Shown: in pieces, positions 60,001 through 64,000 of the stretch
Layout: every line of letters begins with the position of its first letter
Position numbering within the stretch: position 1 is the stretch's first letter
Source: Balanoglossus misakiensis
Taxonomy: Eukaryota > Animalia > Hemichordata
Assembly: GCA_040954595.2 (NCBI GenBank)
Contig: CM082594.2
Coordinates: 10,234,296 to 10,298,295, forward strand
Direction of reading: 5' to 3'
DNA length: 64,000 nucleotides
Program-made: the position numbers and the translations under genes
Notes under the pieces: model-generated
Seen by the model: the letters and a program-made list of their open reading frames with translations, nothing else
Told to the model about the DNA's origin: nothing
Databases searched by the model: none

Positions 60001-63000
60001 ACGGACGCTGCAACAACCACTGCAGGTACAACAATAGAGAAAACTACCCAGAAAACAGATGCTGCAACAACCACTGCAGGTACTACAAGAGAGAAAACTA
60101 CCCAGAAAACAGATGCTGCAACAACAACTGCAGGTACAACAAAAGAAGCAACTACTCAGAAAACAGACGCTGCAACAACCACTGCAGGTACTACAAGAGA
60201 GAAAACTACCCAGAAAACAGATGCTGCAACAACAACTGCAGGTACAACAAAAGAAGCAACTACTCAGAAAACAGACGCTGCAACAACCACTGCAGGTACA
60301 ACAAAAGAAAAAACTACCCAGAAAACGGACGCTGCAACTACCGCTGCAGGCACTACAAGAGTGAAAACTACCCAGAAAACGGATGCTGCAACAACCACTG
60401 CAGGTTCAACAATAGAGAAAACTACCCAGAAAACGGATGCTGCAACAACCACTGCAGGTACAACAATAGAGAAAACTACCCAGAAAACAGACGCTGCAAC
60501 AACCACTGCAGGTACTACAATAGAGATAACTACCCAGAAAACGGATGCTGCAACAACCACTGCAGGTACAACAATAGAGAAAACTACCAAGAAAACCACT
60601 GCAGGTACAACAATAGAGAAATCTACCCAGAAAACAGACGCTGCAACAACCACTGCAGGTACAACAATAGAAAAAACTACCCAGAAAACAGACGCTGCAA
60701 CAACCACTGCAGGTACAACAATAGAGAAAACTACCCAGAAAACAGACGCTGCAACAACCACTGCAGATACTACAATAGAGAAAACTACTCAGAAAACGGA
60801 TGCTGCAACAACCACTGCAGGTACAACAATAGAGAAAACTACCCAGAAAACAGACGCTGCAACAACCACTGCAGATACTACAATAGAGAAAACTACTCAG
60901 AAAACGGATGCTGCAACAACCACTGCAGGTACAACAATAGACAAAACTACCCAGAAAACGGACGCTGCAACAACCACTGAAGGAACAACAAAAGAGGCAA
61001 CTACCCAGAAAACAGTGACAGCAACCCAAACATCAGGTATATACATTGATCTGTAGGTAGTCTTCAGACAGTGCGTGACTTCTTGTTATCGAAATATTTC
61101 ATAGCCTGATGGATAATGTTTCCGCAATCTCCACAAAGTAACCTATTTATTACTCTTTGCAAACGTCTATGTATTTTAGCATCTTTTCTTTCTTTCTTTC
61201 TTGTATTGCTCCAAACTTAGAGAGCAATATATTGTAATCTTTACAAGCACACTTGATTTCCAGGTCAGTCAAGTAGTGGAGATATTGTCCAAAATTCTTT
61301 GCACTTTTAATAACGAGAAACCTAGCACTGTCGGAAGATTGGCAGCTTAGTTGTTTACTTATCACGATGGTGCTTCACGAGATGCAACAAAAATATACAT
61401 GTCATTGGGCATGTGTAATGGACGTACATTACTCCTGTGCAATGACTTCACAAATTTGTTGCACATGCGCAAGGAGGTGTTTTATTATATTTGTCATTTG
61501 GGCCACCGTAATATTACTAGACAAAATGGCGGTTGATAGTTGACCCTTTGGGAACAGCCTAGAATAGCTCATCAATCTCATTTAGCAAGGAACGAGTCTA
61601 TTGCAGAGTTTTGCAGTTTTCAGCCGTAGTAGTTCCCAGGTAGTCTTTGTGACTACCAAGATCAGATAATTCCTCAACTTTGAAGGTCTGTCATAGAGTC
61701 TCCACAAAATACGATCAGACAAGAACAAAGAAATCAATCAGGTCACGAAAACTGCTCTTCACATGCCACATTATGTCCATCTGTATATTTCGATGCAGGA
61801 CCGGGTAATTTCACGTTTTTAGTCGATTCCGTTCATGTGCCTGAAGGAGGAACAGGAGGGCGCAGTTTCTTCCAAGTGCACCGGGTCAATGGGAATGGCG
61901 GCGAAGCGTATATCGATTACTACACGGAGGATATAACCGCCGTGGCCGGCACTCATTATACGCGCTCTATCGGAACATTGCGATTTTCCGATTGGTCGAC
62001 GATAATGGAAATTGCCGTCACTATTGCTGAGAATGATGTGCCCGAGGACGTCAACAAAACGTTCAGAGTCATTTTAAACAATCCAAGCGTTGGTTCCTTC
62101 CTGGTTGATCCCTTTGAACTCGTTGTAACGATCATAGACAATGATTTCATAGGTAGGCCTAATTTGAGAATTCTAGCGTTTGTTTTTGAATTAGAATTGC
62201 AACTTTTTGTGAGGCAGTGGACTCTATCTCTTTGGACCATTTCCCTTTACACCACAATGCAGAACTATCTTACATGCGTAGCTCTGAGTGCGTGCGTACC
62301 CATATGCACGTGTTGGTATTGCTGTTAGTCGTGACATATTCAGCATCTGAGTTTCGTAGGACTCTGTGGTAATCTGACAGTTTATTTCCACCCGGGGAAG
62401 GCATGGCAGCCCATAGTTCATTTCACATTAAAATAATAACTTTGATTGGACAGAAGTGTGCAAAGCCCGAGGCAGAGAAGTCCAAACACCTTTTACATTT
62501 CTGAGAGTTCCCGGCACTCTCATTTGGGAATTTGTGTGACAGCCCTGATACGAGGACTTGTACATGGCAATTGTCTTTCTCCTTTTACACGTCATGTAAC
62601 AACAAAAGTCTGTTACATGCGTGTGAGGTGGCTTCGGCAGGAGAGTGTTGTGCAGTGTTCTTATCCACCGGGCTGCTATCTGATTCTTGTGGTCTGACGT
62701 GGACTGAAGGTTCTGTTGAATATAATTTGCTTAGTAACAAAGACGGGTCGCTCTGCAAAGCATGATGAAATGACGTATTTAAATAATAACACATGATAGC
62801 GAGGGCAATATCACGATTTGAAGCCTGCACGAGGGATGGTGATCTCTGACTACAATATTGATGATGCCCGAGCCGCAGGCGAGGGTATCATCAATATTGT
62901 GGTCAGAGATCACCAGCCCGAGGGCAGGCTTCAAATCGTGATGTTGCCCGAGCATCATGTGTTATTAATTTTATTACGCCGAACATTTGAACGTACATAC

Positions 63001-63601
63001 AAGGCAGGCATAGAAGAACGTAGACGCGCGTCCATATGTCGTACGTTGCTGAGAATGTAAAATGTCTCGATCTCCCAAGAATTATACGATACCTACTTCG
63101 AACTTAGATTATTTGGAAAATACTGCACTGTTGGTTGCGATTTTGTTGTATTTACTGTCCGTTTGTGGTAAAATATCGTCCAGTTGAACAGGTGTTAAGC
63201 CTATGTGTCGCTTTGAAGCCATAGATGCGGGAGTTGACTGATCGTGGAGGAAGCCATTGAACGACAGTTTGGAACGCGCAGAAGTCGCGCGCAGAACACA
63301 AAACAACCCAGCGGGCAATATCAGCGCACGCGACAGGGCTTTATCAACTCTAGCCATGTTATATCACTTTTTTTTCTATATCACGTGAGCGCGTCTCAGC
63401 CAATCACGAATATGGTATAATACGTGAGGTGTAATAAGTCGCCATATCATATTCTTGCATTTTTGAGAGTTTAATGCATGCATATAACTACATAACTACC
63501 CACAGACACAACCGAGGCTGCGAAAACTGAGTCCGTTACAACAAGGCCACGAACGACAGCCAGGCAGGGAACGACACAACCTCCAACGGAGGGACCACCA
63601 G
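45018..63601 (+). CDS. Gene D (3' incomplete): signal-Sushi/CCP x4-cbEGF x2-HYR x19-Thr-rich tandem repeat-Calx-beta-...; hyalin-like cell-surface or extracellular protein
   Basis: Signal exon 45018-45075 ([19 protein letters not shown], gccATG). Sushi exons 47505-47699, 48701-48886, 49532-49711 and 49949-50116. EGF exons 50294-50407 and 50636-50758. 19 HYR exons across 51168-59628. Repeat exon 59774-61036. Calx-beta exon 61799-62152 (TAVAGTHY...GTLRF...TIAENDVPE...FRVIL...VTIIDND). Thr/Pro linker exon 63506-63601 ends at a donor with no stop codon. Confidence 0.87.
47040..47262 (-). mobile_element. Possible degenerate tRNA-derived SINE
   Basis: On the minus strand a B-box-like GGTTTGAGCTC lies near the 5' end, with a tail ggggcaataactgttaactgccttgagcac. 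No second copy in the window and no clear TSD. Confidence 0.3.
49131..49417 (+). mobile_element. TTAA-flanked MITE, family K1 (second full, diverged copy)
   Basis: TTAA|agagcc...tcgtct ... agacgatctattgcct|TTAA, with an interior collinear with 33551-33875. Confidence 0.72.
50817..50928. repeat. Inverted repeat / hairpin, ~50-bp arms, 14-nt spacer
   Basis: ctggtagatgattgaactttttagctaaccgagaacgacttcaagacgag pairs almost perfectly with ctcgtcttgaagtcgttcttggttagccaaagttccatcatctaccag. Confidence 0.85.
51168..59628 (+). repeat. Tandem array of 19 HYR-domain exons (mostly 246 nt, phase 1-1) with partly duplicated introns
   Basis: Exon starts at 51168, 51674, 52085, 52501, 52969, 53396, 53818, 54237, 54667, 55168, 55676, 56091, 56562, 57196, 57541, 57944, 58496, 58838 and 59383. 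Consensus [29 protein letters not shown]...DNSG......[24 protein letters not shown]. Confidence 0.93.
59801..61026 (+). repeat. Coding 54-bp (18-aa) VNTR, ~23 copies of [18 protein letters not shown]
   Basis: Period of 54 nt (actaccc at 59881 and 59935). One copy near 60590 is shortened by 15 nt. Frame is kept throughout. Confidence 0.95.
62784..63437. mobile_element. Putative non-autonomous element with a 184-nt terminal hairpin and a short sub-terminal inverted repeat
   Basis: Hairpin at 62784-62967. ttattacgcc (62971-62980) is inverted to ggtgtaataa (63428-63437). A CCAAT motif (agccaatcac) lies near the 3' end. Intronic with no coding capacity. Confidence 0.5.
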
Positions 63602-64000
63602 GTAAGTAATTTTTACGGGAGTACGGTTACAGAAAATGCACTTTTTCGCGGTATAAATACACCTATTTTTACAATTCAAAACTGGTACGAGACTTTCAGC
63701 ATTTATGTTTACTTCCAATTAAAACATCTTCCAGTTACCTTCTACATTCTCTTGGACAATATTAATTTTTATAAGTGTTTACACCTCATGTGTAGTAGTG
63801 AGACAGCCATATTCAAGTTGTAGTTGCAACCAATTATTATTTATCTGTATCACGTTCCCGCCAACAACAACAATGTTAGAATGTTAGATGATATTCATCC
63901 CACCGTAAGCACGTTCGCATTTACATAAGATTCTTTTTATTTGAGTGTAAAATCATTCGGAATAGCTAATGACTCCTGATCTTTGTTTACTTTGGTTTCT

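Noticed and set aside
59801-61026. Antifreeze-glycoprotein interpretation of the Ala/Thr repeat
   Set aside because: Only one AAT per 18 aa, not the continuous (Ala-Ala-Thr)n tripeptide.
60059-61029. Cys-rich (CCTCSGCC) metallothionein-like, Val-rich and Gln-rich ORFs
   Set aside because: Other frames and the antisense strand of the 54-bp VNTR; only the Thr-rich frame has phase-compatible splice sites.

Overview
Eukaryotic, intron-rich genomic DNA from an invertebrate metazoan; the HYR and fibropellin-type EGF content suggests a deuterostome such as a hemichordate, echinoderm or amphioxus, but this is inference. All five genes I can reconstruct from GT-AG exon chains are on the + strand. (1) GTF2E2, TFIIE beta (CDS 1013-2922). 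(2) Gene A, a ~613-aa EGF-EGF-SEA-EGF-EGF-TM membrane mucin (3746-10033). (3) Gene B, a giant protein of roughly 2,900 aa (estimate): EGFx9-NIDO-AMOP-VWD-EGFx~24-SEA-EGFx2-SEA-EGFx2-TM (10854-35832). (4) Gene C, a ~502-aa S/T-rich-EGF-EGF-TM protein (37895-41376). (5) Gene D, signal-Sushi x4-EGF x2-HYR x19-Thr-rich 18-aa repeat-Calx-beta, which runs off the window (45018 to beyond 63601). Genes A-C are tandem paralogues with matching C-terminal intron positions and an uncharacterised conserved cytoplasmic tail. Gene B carries both mucin self-cleavage motifs (GDPH and SEA GSVV). Several introns in the HYR array look like decayed HYR coding sequence. Introns also hold TTAA-flanked MITEs, microsatellites and two long hairpins, one with repeated tandem G.A mismatches and a GCA triloop. 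Exon boundaries were read by eye and no database searches were run.
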